The position numbers and the translations under genes are program-made. Positions 13,131 to 22,993 of a stretch of DNA of 64,000 nt are shown here, piece after piece. The notes under the pieces are model-generated. The model had not been told where the DNA came from. It saw nothing but the letters and a program-made list of their open reading frames with translations, and did not search any database. Every line of letters starts with the position of its first letter. The stretch's first letter is position 1. Source of the DNA: Actinomycetes bacterium (lineage in GTDB: Bacteria > Actinomycetota > Actinomycetes > JAHEKZ01); the NCBI GenBank assembly GCA_049282455.1, contig JBAPUB010000029.1, forward strand, positions 5,176-69,175, in the 5' to 3' direction.

Positions 13131-13579
13131 GCCACTCTCCTCCCAATCGGGGTGGTCACTCTACGTGGTGGGGCGCTGGGCCGGGACGTCGCGGGGGCGG
13201 GTCTCATGGGTGGGTCCAGTCGTCGGGCGAACCTGGGGCGCAGGACCGATCATGACGGGGTTGGAGGAAGACCATTACTTGTTCCGTCATCGTCGTCGGT
13301 CCGGTGGACAGTGGGGACGAGCAGCATTGGGCCAGGTCAGCGCGGCGTGTCCGGTCCCCAACGCAGGGTGAGTAAACGGGGGCGGAGCTGGGGGCGACTG
13401 TGGACTGCGGACACGGAGAGTGAAGTTGTGCACCGCTGCGTGGCCTTTCGTCCCCAGGTCGTCCCCGGATGTCCGGGTTTCGTCCACAACGTTGTCCCCA
13501 GGGTGTGCACCCACGGTGACGAGCCGGCGAACTGGTCTTGGCGGTGGGGGAATCGGTCGATCCGACATGGCGAGGTGGC
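13131..13579. other. Candidate chromosomal replication origin (oriC) in the dnaA-dnaN intergenic spacer
   Basis: 449-bp non-coding spacer between dnaA and dnaN, the canonical actinobacterial oriC location. It contains several 7-8/9 matches to the actinobacterial DnaA box TTGTCCACA in both orientations: TCGTCCACA at about 13480, TTGTCCCCA at about 13492, TTGTGCACC at about 13425, CTGTGGACT at about 13397 and GGTGGACAG at about 13303. Confidence 0.6.
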
Positions 13580-15100
13580 TCAACCCTGGCGGGCTTGCGA
13601 CTTGATCCGGTTGGTGAGCTCGGTGACCTGGTTGTAGACGCTGCGCCGTTCGGCCATCAGCTGACGGATCTTGCGGTCGGCGTGCATGACCGTCGTGTGG
13701 TCGCGGCCACCGAACTGCTGCCCGATCTTGGGCAGCGACAGGTCGGTGAGCTCGCGGCACAGGTACATCGCGATCTGGCGGGCGTTGACCAGGACCCGCG
13801 ACCGGGACGACCCGCACAGGTCGTCCATGGTGAGGCCGAAGTAGGCCGCCGTCTGGGCCATGATCAACGCCGCCGTGACCTCTGGCCCGGTGGTGTCGGG
13901 GATGAGGTCCTTCAACACGATCTCGGCGAGGGCGAGGTCGACCGGCTGCCGGTTGAGACTGGCGAACGCCGTGACCCGGATCAGGGCACCTTCGAGCTCG
14001 CGGATGTTCGTGGCGATCTTGCTGGCGATGAACTCCAACACCTCAGGAGGCGCCTGGAGCCGCTCTTGCGCAGCCTTCTTGCGCAAAATCGCGATCCTGG
14101 TCTCGAGGTCGGGCGGTTGGACGTCGGTGGTGAGCCCCCAGGTAAAACGGGTCCGCATGCGGTCCTCGAACCCCGACAGCTTCTGCGGCGAGACGTCGGA
14201 CGTGATGACGATCTGCTTGTTCGCCGTGTGCAGCGTGTTGAACGTGTGGAAGAACTCCTCCTGGGTCTGGACCCGACCCTGCAGGAACTGGATGTCGTCG
14301 ATGAGCAGAACATCGACGTCGCGGTACCTGCGTTGGAAAGCCTGGGCTTTGTCGTCACGGATGGAGTTGATGAAGTCGTTGGTGAACTCCTCAGAGCTCA
14401 CGTAGCGGACGCGGGTCCCGGGGTAGAGGCTTCGGGCGTAGTGACCGATGGCGTGAAGCAGGTGGGTCTTGCCCAGGCCGGAGCCGCCGTAGATGAACAG
14501 GGGGTTGTAAGCCTTGGCAGGAGCTTCCGCGACCGCGACCGAGGCTGCGTGGGCGAACCGGTTGCTGGTACCGATGACGAACGTGTCGAACGTGTACTTG
14601 GGGTTGAGCCGCGAGTCGTGGTCGACCCGTACGCCGGGCTGCCCGGAGCCGGGCCTGGTCGCGGGCTCCTCCTTGGTGGCCACCGATCCCTCGACTCGCT
14701 GTGGAGCGTTCGGGCGGTCGGAGAAACCGGTCGGCGCACCCGACGTACGACCGAGCCCGCCTGATGGTGGACCTTGCTCTGGACTGCTCTTTGGACCTGT
14801 CGACGCTGTGGACTCGACGTCGGGCTCGGTCACCGGCTCCTGCAGCGGCTCGACGGTGACCGCGATCCTGATGTCCCGGCCGAGCTCACGGCTGAGGACC
14901 TCGGTGACGGCTGCCCGCAGGCGTGCCTCGATGAGCTCCTTGGTGAAGTCGTTGGGTGCGGCCACCAGCACGGTGTCCTCGACCACCCCGATGGGACGGG
15001 TCAAGGTCAAGAAGGCCTGAGCCTGGGGCCCGACCTCTGCCGCCAGCGTCTCGAGCGCACGGCTCCACACGGCCGCCAGATCCGGTTCCTGGGCTACCAA
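13580..15100 (-). CDS. dnaA: Chromosomal replication initiator protein DnaA
   Basis: 506 aa with the AAA+ Walker [16 protein letters not shown], box VII, and the C-terminal HTH ([12 protein letters not shown]). The annotated start is a non-ATG codon and the exact start is uncertain. Confidence 0.95.
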   Translation of the reverse strand: MVAQEPDLAAVWSRALETLAAEVGPQAQAFLTLTRPIGVVEDTVLVAAPNDFTKELIEARLRAAVTEVLSRELGRDIRIAVTVEPLQEPVTEPDVESTASTGPKSSPEQGPPSGGLGRTSGAPTGFSDRPNAPQRVEGSVATKEEPATRPGSGQPGVRVDHDSRLNPKYTFDTFVIGTSNRFAHAASVAVAEAPAKAYNPLFIYGGSGLGKTHLLHAIGHYARSLYPGTRVRYVSSEEFTNDFINSIRDDKAQAFQRRYRDVDVLLIDDIQFLQGRVQTQEEFFHTFNTLHTANKQIVITSDVSPQKLSGFEDRMRTRFTWGLTTDVQPPDLETRIAILRKKAAQERLQAPPEVLEFIASKIATNIRELEGALIRVTAFASLNRQPVDLALAEIVLKDLIPDTTGPEVTAALIMAQTAAYFGLTMDDLCGSSRSRVLVNARQIAMYLCRELTDLSLPKIGQQFGGRDHTTVMHADRKIRQLMAERRSVYNQVTELTNRIKSQARQG

Positions 15101-15144
15101 CTGGTCACCAACTCGTCACCAACCATCCTTTCGCTCCAGGTGGC

Positions 15145-15267
15145 TGGTCCACATGGCTGTCCACAAGGTGTGGAGGCGGTTGACCGATCCGGAAACCCGT
15201 AACCGATCCGCCGTCCGGGCGCGGACGCTACCCACTTGGAGCTCCCGCCGTCCAGCGGTTGTCCACA
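15145..15267. promoter_or_regulatory. DnaA-box cluster in the dnaA-rpmH divergent promoter region
   Basis: A perfect TTGTCCACA at 15259-15267, plus TGGTCCACA (15145-15153) and CTGTCCACA (15157-15165). GTCACCAAC is directly repeated twice at about 15103-15122. The site fits DnaA autoregulation. Confidence 0.6.
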
Positions 15268-15656
15268 TCCTGCCCCACTCCCTGGGTGTGTCGTCGGCCG
15301 GGTCCTGGGTGAGCGCGTGACACGATGAGAGGTTCAGCGGACGGATACGGACCCGACGATGACCGGGATCGGGCCTCCGGTTTGACCGGGGGCGCCCGCA
15401 GTTCGTACCGTAGGGCGCCCGCAGTGCGTCCAGGCTGTGCTCAGGTGGCTCCCGGGTGATACCCGAGCAGTGCCCGAGCAGTGCCCGAGCCGGATCTGGC
15501 CTCGCTGCAGGATGATCTTCGGACACCGTCGCATGCCTGCGCCCCCGCCCCCGCGGGACGTCGTCGGCGTCCGGTGGTGCCCGAAGCCCGACCGGTCGGT
15601 GCCTGGGTGGCGCTCGACCGTCAGCACCTCGACCCGAGCTTCTGGAGCGAATCCCC

Positions 15657-15794
15657 GTGAGCAAGCGCACCTTTCAGCCGAACACCCGTCGCCGGGCCAA
15701 GACCCACGGATTCCGGTTGCGGATGCGCACCCGGGCCGGTCGCTCGATCCTGTCGGCTCGCCGCCGTAGGGGTCGGGCTCGTCTGTCGGCCTGA
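15657..15794 (+). CDS. rpmH: 50S ribosomal protein L34
   Basis: Not on the ORF track because it is under 60 aa. GTG start, translation [45 protein letters not shown] (45 aa), divergent from dnaA. Confidence 0.9.
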   Translation: MSKRTFQPNTRRRAKTHGFRLRMRTRAGRSILSARRRRGRARLSA

Positions 15795-15802
15795 TCTCCC
15801 TC

Positions 15803-16162
15803 GTGCTGCCCGCCGCTCACCGGATGCGTGCGAGCGACGACTTCACCCGGGCGACCCGCCAAGGCTCCCGCGCCGGGAGCCGCTCAGTCGTCGTCCACAC
15901 GGAGGTCGTTGACCCGACGCGGGTCGAGGCGCTGAACCCCACCAAGGTCGGGTTCGTCGTCGGCAAGAACGTCGGAGGCTCGGTCGTGCGACACCGGGTG
16001 GCCCGCCGACTGCGCGCCCAGGTGGCGCTACGCCTCGACCGGTGGCCGAACGGGCGGCTGGTCGTCGTGCGGGCGCTGCCGGCCGCGGCCGCGGCGACCT
16101 CGCGCCAGCTCGGCGCCGATCTGGACTCGGCCCTGTCGCGGGCGGCCCGGGTGGCGCGATGA
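15803..16162 (+). CDS. rnpA: Ribonuclease P protein component
   Basis: 119 aa, basic, directly after rpmH. ...FVVGKNVGGSVVRHRVARRLRA... shows RnpA family features. Confidence 0.9.
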   Translation: MLPAAHRMRASDDFTRATRQGSRAGSRSVVVHTEVVDPTRVEALNPTKVGFVVGKNVGGSVVRHRVARRLRAQVALRLDRWPNGRLVVVRALPAAAAATSRQLGADLDSALSRAARVAR

Positions 16163-16524
16163 ACGTCCTGCAGACGCTCACCTGGCCCCTTCGGGTGCCG
16201 GTACGCCTGGTCGTGCTGGGGCTGATCTGGTTCTACCGCGCCTGCATCACTCCGTGGACGCCGCAGACCTGCCGCTACTACCCGAGCTGCTCGGCCTACG
16301 CCGAGCAGGCCATCCGCAGGCACGGGTTGGTGAAGGGTGGCTGGCTGGCCGTCCGGAGGTTGGCTCGCTGCCACCCGTGGGCACCGGGCGGCGTCGACCA
16401 CGTGCCGAGTGCGGGAGGGGTCAGCCATGCGCACCCACCAGGCGACGCCACCGCTTCAACGGTCTTGACCTCAGCTGTGACCTCAGGGTCGCCGGCTGCA
16501 CCCTCGACCTCGACAGGAGCCTGA
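16159..16524 (+). CDS. yidD: Membrane protein insertion efficiency factor YidD
   Basis: ATG overlaps the rnpA stop (ATGA). LIWFYRACITPWTPQTCRYYPSCSAYAEQAIRRHGLVKGGWLAVRRLARCHPW is the hallmark YidD sequence. The ORF-track version includes an upstream out-of-context extension. Confidence 0.8.
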   Translation: MNVLQTLTWPLRVPVRLVVLGLIWFYRACITPWTPQTCRYYPSCSAYAEQAIRRHGLVKGGWLAVRRLARCHPWAPGGVDHVPSAGGVSHAHPPGDATASTVLTSAVTSGSPAAPSTSTGA

Positions 16525-16527
16525 CTC

Positions 16528-17583
16528 GTGTCCTTCCTCAACCCCCTCTACTACGCCGTGTCGTGGGTGCTGGTCGAGTTCCACGCGTTCTGGAGCCTGT
16601 TCGTCCCGGCGACCAGCGGGCTGGCCTGGGTGCTGTCGATCATGGGCCTGGTCGTGGTCATCCGGATCCTGCTGATCCCCCTGTTCGTCAAGCAGATCAA
16701 GGCCCAGCGCGGACTTCAGATGCTGCAGCCGCACATCAAGGAGATCCAGAAGAAGTACAAGGACGACAAGCAGAAGCAGCAGGAAGAGCTGATGAAGCTC
16801 TACCGCGAGACGGGCACGAACCCGCTGGCGTCGTGCCTGCCGATCATCTTGCAGATGCCGATCTTCTTCGCCCTGTTCCACGTGCTCAACGTGGGAGTCA
16901 AGGGCGGCCAGGGAGTCGGCCCGTTGACCCAGGAGCTGGCGATCCAGGCCGGTCAGGCGACGTTCCTGGGCGCTCCGCTCGACGCCACGTTCTTGACCAG
17001 CCCGGCCGACCTCGGCGGTGCCAACCCGCTGAACGTCAAGATCGTGACGCTCACCCTGATCGCGCTGATGACCTTGACCACCTTCATCACCCAGCGTCAG
17101 CTGATGGTCAAGAACATGCCTTCGGGGGCGGACAACCCGATGGCCCAGCAGCAGAAGATCCTGCTGTACGCCTACCCGGTGATGTTCGCCTTCTTCGGCA
17201 TCAACTTCCCGGTCGGTGTCCTGGTCTACTGGCTGACCACCAACCTGTGGTCGATGGGGCAGCAGTTCTACGTGATCCGGCGAAACCCGGCACCGGGCAG
17301 TCCGGCCTGGGAGGAGCTGCAGGAGCGCAAGCGCACCAAGGGTGTCGACCAGGGGCCCACGGGCGCGGCGTCGGCAGACACGGTGGTGGAGACCGAGCCC
17401 CCCAGGCCGCAGCGCCAGCAGCCCAAGCGCCAGCCACGCAGTCAACGCAAGGGCGGTGCGGCCAAACCCGACCCCAAGACCCCGGGGACCGCTGCCGAGA
17501 GCCGATCCGCCGACCAAACGACCGACGACGCCCCGGTCGGACCAGACCCCGAGCCGGAGTCCCCGGCTGCCACCAAGGAGTGA
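16528..17583 (+). CDS. yidC: Membrane protein insertase YidC
   Basis: 351 aa with multi-TM 60-kDa inner-membrane insertase motifs (...LQPHIKEIQKKYKDDKQKQQEELMKLYRETGTNPLASCLPIILQMPIFFALF...). Confidence 0.9.
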   Translation: MSFLNPLYYAVSWVLVEFHAFWSLFVPATSGLAWVLSIMGLVVVIRILLIPLFVKQIKAQRGLQMLQPHIKEIQKKYKDDKQKQQEELMKLYRETGTNPLASCLPIILQMPIFFALFHVLNVGVKGGQGVGPLTQELAIQAGQATFLGAPLDATFLTSPADLGGANPLNVKIVTLTLIALMTLTTFITQRQLMVKNMPSGADNPMAQQQKILLYAYPVMFAFFGINFPVGVLVYWLTTNLWSMGQQFYVIRRNPAPGSPAWEELQERKRTKGVDQGPTGAASADTVVETEPPRPQRQQPKRQPRSQRKGGAAKPDPKTPGTAAESRSADQTTDDAPVGPDPEPESPAATKE

Positions 17584-17590
17584 CGAGCCA

Positions 17591-18190
17591 GTGACTGAGC
17601 ACGCAGCCACCGTTGACCGTGATGACACCGCCCCCGTCGAGCCGGCGGACCCCAGTGAAGAGAGCGCAGTGGAGTCCCCAGTGGAGTCCCCAGTGGAGTC
17701 CCCAGAGGAGTCCGAGGGGCCGGCCAAGTCCCCCACGGCCGACCTCGAAGCCGAAGGTGACATCGCGGCCGACTACCTCGAGGGCCTGCTGGACATCGCC
17801 GACCTCGACGGCGACATCGACCTGGACGTCGAAGGCGACCGGGCCATGGTCTCCCTCGTCGGAGGTGACCTGTCCGTGCTCGTCGGCCCCGAAGGCCGGG
17901 TGCTCGACGCGCTGCAGGAGCTCACCCGGCTGGCCGTGCTGCGTGAGTCCGGTCACCGGAGCCGATTGATGCTGGACATTGACGGTTTCCGGGCCGCGCG
18001 CCGGGCCGCGCTGACCGAGCAGGGTCGAGAGGCCGCCGACACGGTGAAGTCCACCGGGGAGCCCGTCCGGCTCGAGCCGATGACTCCGTTCGAGCGCAAG
18101 GTCGTCCATGACGCCGTGGCCGCGGCCGGCCTCCGCTCGGAGTCCGAGGGTGAGGAGCCCCAGCGTCGCGTCGTCGTCCTGCCGGCCTGA
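17591..18190 (+). CDS. jag: Jag/KhpB-type R3H RNA-binding protein
   Basis: GTG at 17591 with an AGGAG-like SD upstream. Jag-N, KH and R3H regions (...RVVVLPA). Contains a VESP x3 coding repeat (12-bp DNA repeat at about 17670-17705). The track ORF 17342 has a spurious 5' extension overlapping yidC. Confidence 0.8.
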   Translation: MTEHAATVDRDDTAPVEPADPSEESAVESPVESPVESPEESEGPAKSPTADLEAEGDIAADYLEGLLDIADLDGDIDLDVEGDRAMVSLVGGDLSVLVGPEGRVLDALQELTRLAVLRESGHRSRLMLDIDGFRAARRAALTEQGREAADTVKSTGEPVRLEPMTPFERKVVHDAVAAAGLRSESEGEEPQRRVVVLPA

Positions 18191-18194
18191 GGGG

Positions 18195-18956
18195 GTGACC
18201 GGCGTTTCACGTGAAACGCCCGAGCCACCTGTCGAGGCGGCCGCGGTGTTCGGGACTGCCCTGCCCCGCGCACGTCGCTTCGCCGAGCTGCTGGCCGGCC
18301 CCGCGGTGGAGCGTGGCCTGATCGGCCCCCGCGAGGTGCCCCGGCTGTGGGAGCGCCACCTGCTCAACTGCGCCGCCTTGGCTCCGGTGGCTGACGAGGT
18401 GCTGGCCGGGTCCGGTCGTCTCAGTAGCCCGACCTTGGCCCCGCGGGTGGTCGACCTCGGCTCGGGGGCCGGGCTCCCCGGAGTGGTCGTGGCCCTGCTG
18501 CGGCCGACTTGGCAGGTGGTGCTGCTCGAGCCGATGCTGCGGCGGACCACTTTCCTGTCCGAGGTCGTGGCCGAGCTCGGGCTGGCCTCAGCGTCGGTGC
18601 TGCGCGGCCGGGCCGACGACCCCCCGGTGCGCCGTCAGCTGCGCGAGACCGGGCCGGTCGACCTGGTCGTGGCGCGAGCGGTGGCGCCGCTCGACCGGCT
18701 CAGCGGGTGGGCGCTGCCCCTGTTGGCGCCCGGTGGCAGCCTGCTGGCCCTCAAGGGCGAGAATGCGGCGTCGGAGTTGACGGCGGCAGCATCGACCCTG
18801 CACCGTCTGCACAGCACCGGGTCTCGGATCTGGCAGCTGCCCGGCCAGGCGAGCCGGGTGGTCCAGGTCGTGGCGGCCGGGCTGGCTGAGGATGCGGGTC
18901 CCAGCAAACGGCCCGTCGGTGCACCGACCGACAGCGCGGAAGGGAAGGCCCGATGA
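18195..18956 (+). CDS. rsmG: 16S rRNA (guanine527-N7)-methyltransferase RsmG (GidB)
   Basis: GTG at 18195, 5 nt after the jag stop. SAM-MTase motifs ([16 protein letters not shown]) are present. The stop overlaps the parA ATG (ATGA). Confidence 0.85.
   Translation: MTGVSRETPEPPVEAAAVFGTALPRARRFAELLAGPAVERGLIGPREVPRLWERHLLNCAALAPVADEVLAGSGRLSSPTLAPRVVDLGSGAGLPGVVVALLRPTWQVVLLEPMLRRTTFLSEVVAELGLASASVLRGRADDPPVRRQLRETGPVDLVVARAVAPLDRLSGWALPLLAPGGSLLALKGENAASELTAAASTLHRLHSTGSRIWQLPGQASRVVQVVAAGLAEDAGPSKRPVGAPTDSAEGKAR
18204..18217. promoter_or_regulatory. parS centromere-like site (GTTTCACGTGAAAC)
   Basis: Perfect 14-bp palindrome matching the ParB-binding consensus tGTTTCACGTGAAACa. It lies inside the first codons of rsmG. 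Confidence 0.85.
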
Positions 18957-20002
18957 CCGACCCGGAGCTGCCCGAGACCCCTCCAGCCCATGAACCCGGA
19001 ACGGTTGAGATTCCCTTGCGCTACGCGACTGCGGACGATGCCCCGGCCGAGGCCGACCACGGAGATGTTTCACGTGAAACGGCGCCTTGGAACGAGGACA
19101 CGCCCATCGCGACGGCGGCAGCCACGGCTGTCGCCGTGCTGGGCCGTGACGCCGGGGAGCTCCCCAGACCCCTGAAGCCGCGGGTGATCACGGTGGCCAA
19201 CCAGAAGGGGGGCGTCGGCAAGACGACCACGACCGTGAACCTGGCGGCCGCCCTGTCCCTGCACGGACTGCGGGTGCTCGTCATCGACCTCGACCCGCAG
19301 GGCAACGCATCGACCGCGTTGGCCGTGGCCCACCACGCCGACGTCCCGAGCATCTACGACGTGCTGATCGAGGGACGCCCACTGGCCGAGGTGGTGGCCC
19401 CGGTCGAGGCGATCCCGGACCTGTGGTGCGCCCCGGCGACCATCGACCTGGCCGGGGCAGAGATCGAGCTGGTCTCGATGGTCGCGCGGGAGACCAGGCT
19501 GAACCGGGCACTCGCGGCCTTCCTGGACGACCAGGCACGCAGCCCTGAGGGTGGGATCGACTACGTCCTGATCGACTGCCCGCCCTCGCTGGGGCTGCTC
19601 ACGGTCAACGCCTTCGTCGCCGCGCGGGAGGTCCTGATCCCGATCCAGTGCGAGTACTACGCGCTGGAGGGCCTGGGCCAGCTGCTGCGCAGCGTCGACC
19701 TCGTCCAGGCCCATCTGAACCCGGCCCTGCAGGTGTCGACCATCCTGCTGACGATGCACGACGCCCGGACCCGGCTGGCCGCCCAGGTGGCCGATGAGGT
19801 GCGGACCCACTTCGGGTCGGTCGTGCTGCGTGCCGCAATTCCCCGCTCGGTCCGCGTGTCGGAAGCCCCGAGCTACGCCCAGACCGTGCTGACATACGAC
19901 CCAGGGTCCAGTGGGGCGCTGTCCTACCTGGATGCCGCTCGAGAGCTGGCGCTGCGCGCCGCCCCCGGGGCGGGCGGGCATGAGTCGGAGGTGGCGCGAT
20001 GA
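18953..20002 (+). CDS. parA: Chromosome partitioning ATPase ParA (Soj)
   Basis: 349 aa with a deviant Walker [18 protein letters not shown] and an N-terminal unstructured extension. Confidence 0.95.
   Translation: MTDPELPETPPAHEPGTVEIPLRYATADDAPAEADHGDVSRETAPWNEDTPIATAAATAVAVLGRDAGELPRPLKPRVITVANQKGGVGKTTTTVNLAAALSLHGLRVLVIDLDPQGNASTALAVAHHADVPSIYDVLIEGRPLAEVVAPVEAIPDLWCAPATIDLAGAEIELVSMVARETRLNRALAAFLDDQARSPEGGIDYVLIDCPPSLGLLTVNAFVAAREVLIPIQCEYYALEGLGQLLRSVDLVQAHLNPALQVSTILLTMHDARTRLAAQVADEVRTHFGSVVLRAAIPRSVRVSEAPSYAQTVLTYDPGSSGALSYLDAARELALRAAPGAGGHESEVAR
19067..19080. promoter_or_regulatory. Second parS site (GTTTCACGTGAAAC)
   Basis: Identical perfect palindrome inside the 5' part of parA. 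Confidence 0.85.
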
Positions 20003-21063
20003 CCGAGAAGCGACGAGGGCTCGGAAAGGGCCTGGGGGCGCTCATCCCCACCCAGCCCCGAGTCGACGAGGGCCCGTCGGTGTCGGTCGACCTGACCCGG
20101 CCGGCCCGCACCCTGCCCCCGCGCGGGGTCGACGCCGTCCTGGACGCGGCGGACACCGTCAACGACGCCCACGTCGCCCGGGTTGCCGACGCTGACTCAG
20201 CGGCGCTCACCGCGCACTACGCCGAGCTTCCCCTGGCCTCGATCGTGCCCAACCCCCGGCAGCCCCGCCAGGTCTTCGACGAGGAGGCCCTGGCCGAGCT
20301 GGTCCACTCGCTGCGCGAGATCGGGCTGCTCCAGCCGATCGTGGTGCGTCCGGTGGGAGCTGGCCGCTACGAGCTGGTGGCCGGTGAACGACGCTGGCGT
20401 GCGGCCGAGCAGGCCGGGTTCGAGCTGATCCCGGCGATCGTTCGCGAGACGGCCGACGACGTCTTGCTGAGGGACGCCCTGCTGGAGAACCTGCACCGGG
20501 CCCAGCTCAACCCGCTGGAGGAGGCTGCGGCCTACGACCAGCTCCTGAAGGACTTCGGGTGCACCCAGGACGAGCTGGCCACCCGGATCGGCCGATCGCG
20601 GCCCCAGGTGTCGAACACCTTGCGCCTGCTCCGGCTCCCGACCCCGGTGCAGCGCCGAGTCGCCGCGGGCGTGCTGTCCGCGGGCCATGCCCGGGCACTG
20701 CTGGCCCTGCCGGACTCCGCGGCGATGGAGCGGATGGCCAGCCGCGTCGTCGCCGAGGGCCTGTCGGTACGCACGGTCGAGGAACTAGTCGCTCTCGGTG
20801 ACGACGAATCGGACAAATCATCTGAAATAGGACGACGAAGGACGGCGAAAGTCCAGACGCCTGCGCTGGCGGACCTTGCCGAGGCGCTGAGTGACGCTCT
20901 GGAGACCCGGGTCCAGGTCAGCCTGGGCCGGCGCAAGGGGACGCTGTCGATCGACTTCGCCACCGTCGACGACCTCGAACGGATCGTCGAGCTCATCGCT
21001 CCAGCTGCGGCCGAGCAGCTGCGGGGGGCGGGCTCGGCACCGGCTGCAACCTCGCCGCGGTGA
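19999..21063 (+). CDS. parB: Chromosome partitioning protein ParB (Spo0J)
   Basis: 354 aa. ParB box [12 protein letters not shown]-terminal dimerisation domain. Overlaps the parA stop. Confidence 0.95.
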   Translation: MTEKRRGLGKGLGALIPTQPRVDEGPSVSVDLTRPARTLPPRGVDAVLDAADTVNDAHVARVADADSAALTAHYAELPLASIVPNPRQPRQVFDEEALAELVHSLREIGLLQPIVVRPVGAGRYELVAGERRWRAAEQAGFELIPAIVRETADDVLLRDALLENLHRAQLNPLEEAAAYDQLLKDFGCTQDELATRIGRSRPQVSNTLRLLRLPTPVQRRVAAGVLSAGHARALLALPDSAAMERMASRVVAEGLSVRTVEELVALGDDESDKSSEIGRRRTAKVQTPALADLAEALSDALETRVQVSLGRRKGTLSIDFATVDDLERIVELIAPAAAEQLRGAGSAPAATSPR

Positions 21064-21203
21064 GGGGCCTGCGCTGGGCCGTGGCCGGCTTCGGCCTCGG
21101 CGTGCTCGCCGCGTTTGCCGTGTCCCTGCTAAGGCGTCGTCGGCTCGTTCCTACCACCGGCTACGTCCCGCCGGTGGCCGCGACCGGCCCGCACGCGGTC
21201 CCG

Positions 21204-21241
21204 CCTGGCTGAGCGGCCTGCGTGGCTGACCTGAGGACGCT
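21204..21241. terminator. Convergent hairpin between parB and cwlM
   Basis: Inverted repeat CTGGCTGAGCG ... CGCTCAGCCAG (11-bp stem, about 16-nt loop) spanning the cwlM stop. GC-rich and without a U-tract, so it is a putative bidirectional terminator only. Confidence 0.35.
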
Positions 21242-22518
21242 CAGCCAGGAAGTCCAGCGGGCGCAGGTGACGGCAGAACCACCGAGGTCGGTGGTTCGAC
21301 CGGCAGATAGAGCCGCTGCAGCGCGACGAGCACGGCCTCGGCCACGGTGTCGCGAAACGTCGGGTCGGACAGTCGGGCGGCGTCTCCGGGGTTGGTCAGG
21401 TAGCCGATCTCCACGCGGATGGTCGGCATCTTGGTCCGGCGCAGCAGGTCCCAGGTCTTGCCGTCGGTGTGGCCGTCGAGCAGGTCGGTCCGGGAGACCA
21501 CCTCCGCCTGGACGAGGTCGGCGACGCGCCGGCCCACCTCCGACGACGCGCCGGAGTGTCCGGACCCGTAGAAGAAGGTGGCCACGCCCGAGGCAGCGGT
21601 GCTGGGGTGGGCGTCGACGTGCAGGGACAGCACGAGGTCGGCGTCCAGTCGGTTGGCCAGGGCGGCGCGGGTCGACTCGTCCGGCGGCGCCGTGTCGGGG
21701 GCCAGCCGACCACGGGTGAGATAGGCCGAGACCCCCACCGCGACGAGGCGTCCTTCGATCCGCGCGGCCAGGTCGGCGACGATGTCCGCCTCAGCCAGGC
21801 CATGGCCGACGGCACCGGGGTCGCTGCCCCCGTGTCCGGGGTCGATGACCACGATCTTGCCTGCCAGACCCGGTCCGGAGCCGGCCCAGCGCTGGGTCTC
21901 GCGCAGGTGCTGGGCTGCTCCGCCGACGACCGTGCGGGCCAGGCGGTTCAGCGCCTTGAACGTGACCGGGCCGCACAGCCCGTCGACCGGGATCCCCACG
22001 TTGCGCTGGAAGTCGCGCAGCGCGGTCTCGGTGTCGATGCCGAACAACCCGTCGATGCGACCGGGGTCGAACCCGAGCTCGAGGAGTCGTCCCTGAAGGG
22101 CGGACACGTCGTCACCGGACAGCATGTGCGTGGGGGCGAACCGCAGCACCCGGTCGCCGAGCTGCCAGCGGGCGTCGTCCAGGCGGCGCCAGGTCTGGAT
22201 GCCCACGATGCCGTCACACGCGAGCCCGCGTTGCTGCTGGAAGGCCAGGACACCGCGCTCGACGCCGTCGTCGTACAGCGCGTCCATCGGATGGACGGCA
22301 CCCACAGCCTCGGGTCCGGCCTCGTCGTCAATGAGCCCGAGTCGGGCCAGGTGCCCCCGAACCTGGGCGACGGCTGGACCTTTGTCACCGTGGCGCAGGG
22401 GCAGCCCGCCACCGAGACCGTCGGTGGACGGCTCGCGTGGACGTTCGGGCTGTGGCATCGGGCCTCCGGCTCGACCGGGGTGTCGTTCCCGTGCCAGCAG
22501 AGGATGGCACCTGAGCAT
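21241..22518 (-). CDS. cwlM: N-acetylmuramoyl-L-alanine amidase with peptidoglycan-binding domains (CwlM-like)
   Basis: 425 aa with two PG-binding-1 repeats (LAFQQQRGLACDGIVG.. / LRDFQRNVGIPVDGLCG) followed by an amidase_3 domain (VVIDPGHGGSDPGA). It sits next to parB-trx as Mtb Rv3915 does. Confidence 0.85.
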   Translation of the reverse strand: MLRCHPLLARERHPGRAGGPMPQPERPREPSTDGLGGGLPLRHGDKGPAVAQVRGHLARLGLIDDEAGPEAVGAVHPMDALYDDGVERGVLAFQQQRGLACDGIVGIQTWRRLDDARWQLGDRVLRFAPTHMLSGDDVSALQGRLLELGFDPGRIDGLFGIDTETALRDFQRNVGIPVDGLCGPVTFKALNRLARTVVGGAAQHLRETQRWAGSGPGLAGKIVVIDPGHGGSDPGAVGHGLAEADIVADLAARIEGRLVAVGVSAYLTRGRLAPDTAPPDESTRAALANRLDADLVLSLHVDAHPSTAASGVATFFYGSGHSGASSEVGRRVADLVQAEVVSRTDLLDGHTDGKTWDLLRRTKMPTIRVEIGYLTNPGDAARLSDPTFRDTVAEAVLVALQRLYLPVEPPTSVVLPSPAPAGLPG

Positions 22519-22579
22519 GGTAGCCGCCCCGCGGCGCGGGCCCAGTGACTCAGCGCTGGCCCAAGCCCGCCCGACACGC

Positions 22580-22631
22580 CCCTACAGGTATGCCCTACAG
22601 GTAAGCCCTACAGGTAAGCCCTACAGGTAAG
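22580..22631. repeat. 13-bp perfect tandem repeat x4 (CCCTACAGGTA[T/A]G) in the trx / cwlM-5' intergenic region
   Basis: Four head-to-tail copies at 22580-92, 22593-605, 22606-18 and 22619-31. The last copy overlaps the trx stop codon. The array lies in the 5' UTR / promoter region of cwlM. Confidence 0.8.
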
Positions 22632-22944
22632 CGGAGAGGTCTTGCAGGAGGACCTGCTTGGGCTTGGCCCCGACGATCGTCTTGACGATCTCTCCGCCCG
22701 AGAACACCGCCATGGTCGGGATCGACGTGATGCCGTAGCTGGCAGCCGTGCGGGGGTTCTCGTCGACGTTCAGCTTCGCCACCGTCAACGTGGCGCCGTG
22801 CTCACCGGCGATCTCCTCCAGGATCGGGGCCACCATGCGGCACGGTCCGCACCACTCCGCCCAGAAGTCGACGAGGACCGGCTTGTCAGAACCGAGCACG
22901 TCCGTGGCGAACGTGGCGTCGGTGGTGGTGGTGGTGGCTCCCAT
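22621..22944 (-). CDS. trxA: Thioredoxin
   Basis: Internal ATG at 22944 (GGAG SD 6-9 nt upstream) gives a 107-aa protein with WAEWCGPCRM. The 206-aa track ORF is a spurious 5' extension. Confidence 0.9.
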   Translation of the reverse strand: MGATTTTTDATFATDVLGSDKPVLVDFWAEWCGPCRMVAPILEEIAGEHGATLTVAKLNVDENPRTAASYGITSIPTMAVFSGGEIVKTIVGAKPKQVLLQDLSAYL

Positions 22945-22993
22945 GAACAGCTCCAGTCGAAGAGGAATAGGTGGTGAGGTCGAGGGGATCGGC

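Noticed and set aside
21060-21212. Possible about 50-aa membrane mini-ORF ([24 protein letters not shown]...) starting at the parB stop
   Set aside because: I could not confirm the frame and stop codon from the sequence. It is below the ORF-track threshold and has no SD, so it is too weak to call.
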